DNA of 64,000 nt, taken from the NCBI GenBank assembly GCA_041739995.1, contig JBGSMV010000043.1, positions 18,241 to 82,240 of the forward strand, read 5' to 3'. A program made the position numbers and the translations under genes. The notes under the pieces were generated by a model. That model made no database searches. It saw nothing but the letters and a program-made list of their open reading frames with translations, and was not told the origin of the DNA. The DNA comes from Bdellovibrionota bacterium. Its GTDB lineage: Bacteria; Bdellovibrionota_C; UBA2361; JBGSMV01. Below are positions 62,929-64,000 of this stretch, in pieces (within the stretch, counting starts at the first letter, position 1; each line of letters starts with the position of its first letter).

Positions 62929-64000
62929 TATTTTACCCCCCGGTCGTCTCGAACGAGATCTTCTTGAGAGGCTTTCCCTTGCTCACTACTCTCCGCGCTA
63001 AGCACCAGAGGCATTTGCGCCGAGCTCTGATGCGCACCACCGTTGGAAAGCTGACGTCCATGCCATGAACGTCCACAGTGATTATATCCCATTTCTGTCA
63101 CCTCACGCCCACGTCTCGTGCGAGCAATAAACCCTTCTTGCACCAGATACGGCTCGTACACGTCTTCAAGAGTATCTCGATCCTCTCCTATCGCCGCAGC
63201 GATGGTGTCAACGCCCACAGGCCCGCCATCAAAGCGATCAATGATCAGTTCAAGTATTGCGCGATCCATTTTCTCCAAGCCCACGGAGTCGATATCAAGC
63301 AATGTCAGCGCCTGGTATGCTACTTCAATCGTTACAATACCCTGTGCTCGCTCTTGCGCAAAATCCCGTACACGCTTCAATAGTCTGTTGACGATTCGAG
63401 GAGTACCTCGCGAACGTCGTCCGAGTTCCTCTGCTGCTGCGTCGTGCATCTCGATACCCATGATCTGCGCTGAGCGCTTCGCGATGCGAGTTAGCTCCAC
63501 AGGTGAATAGTACCCAAGCCGCATTACCATTCCAAATCGGTCACGAAGAGGCGACGTAAGCAAGCCTGTGCGCGTCGTTGCCCCAACCAGAGTAAATGGT
63601 TTTAGATCAAGCCGGACCGCTTTGGCCGCAGGGCCATGCCCAATAAGTATATCAATGGAGAAATCCTCCATCGCAGGATACAGCACCTCTTCCACAACCC
63701 TAGGGAGGCGATGAATCTCGTCAATGAACAAAACATCGTGTGCTTCAAGCGAGGTCAGAATAGCAGCGAGGTCACCTGGCCTCTCGATCACCGGGCCAGA
63801 GGTAGAACGAAAGCCCACCCCCAACTCATGCGCCACTATCCTTGCAAGCGAAGTCTTTCCGAGTCCAGGAGGACCATGAAGCAGCACATGATCAAGCGCC
63901 TCTTTTCGTCGTCCGGCTGCACGACAACCAATCAGTAGGTTTTCCTTTATTGCCTCTTGCCCAACATATTCATCAAATTTACTTGGTCGTAGCGAAGGTA
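62928..64000 (-). CDS. ruvB: Holliday junction branch migration helicase RuvB (5' end beyond window)
   Basis: The frame stays open upstream of the listed Met to the window edge (...[50 protein letters not shown]). Walker B is LFIDEIHRL, followed by the RuvB winged-helix region. A ~50-aa C-terminal tail is present. Confidence 0.9.
   Translation of the reverse strand, partial: PSLRPSKFDEYVGQEAIKENLLIGCRAAGRRKEALDHVLLHGPPGLGKTSLARIVAHELGVGFRSTSGPVIERPGDLAAILTSLEAHDVLFIDEIHRLPRVVEEVLYPAMEDFSIDILIGHGPAAKAVRLDLKPFTLVGATTRTGLLTSPLRDRFGMVMRLGYYSPVELTRIAKRSAQIMGIEMHDAAAEELGRRSRGTPRIVNRLLKRVRDFAQERAQGIVTIEVAYQALTLLDIDSVGLEKMDRAILELIIDRFDGGPVGVDTIAAAIGEDRDTLEDVYEPYLVQEGFIARTRRGREVTEMGYNHCGRSWHGRQLSNGGAHQSSAQMPLVLSAESSEQGKASQEDLVRDDRGVK

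Overview
This 64-kb window is a chromosomal segment from a diderm (Gram-negative-type) bacterium, roughly 50% GC by eye. The lineage cannot be assigned from sequence alone. Gene content is dominated by cell-envelope functions. These include a dsbD-redoxin pair, mgtC, and a tightly coupled lipid A late-assembly/export operon (msbA, DUF374, waaA, lpxK, alpha/beta hydrolase). Also present are an AsmA-like protein, a methyltransferase/HD/GT2-GT4 glyco-modification group, pal, dxs, panC and a BamD-like lipoprotein. A type II secretion system (gspCDEFGHIJ, then gspLMN) is split by 5.3 kb. The remaining calls are an NfeD/SPFH pair, fbp, an NtrY-like histidine kinase, rarA and ruvB. I found no rRNA, convincing tRNA, CRISPR array, transposase or integrase. 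Four things are most worth a second look. (1) The T2SS locus is interrupted and has no GspK-like or GspO-like ORF. All four pseudopilins have unusually long leader peptides, and one leader carries a 15-bp tandem repeat. The secretin has a 250-aa C-terminal extension, a 19-bp x4 repeat array sits on the gspE start, and a Flp-like ORF occupies the position where gspK is expected. (2) The block at 16.4-25.8 kb encodes secreted proteins of unknown function. It includes a 787-aa protein with a clan-CD-like His/Cys arrangement, tandem 2-Cys paralogs and an orphan Flp-like prepilin flanked by long ORF-free spacers. It also holds a 14+14 bp perfect palindrome between an HTH-like gene and a small protein with mirror-symmetric cysteine spacing. 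(3) A BamD-like lipoprotein is fused to an AMIN-like domain directly upstream of gspC. (4) There are several short tandem repeats and structured leaders. All functional calls rest on motifs read by eye from the ORF translations. No database search was run.
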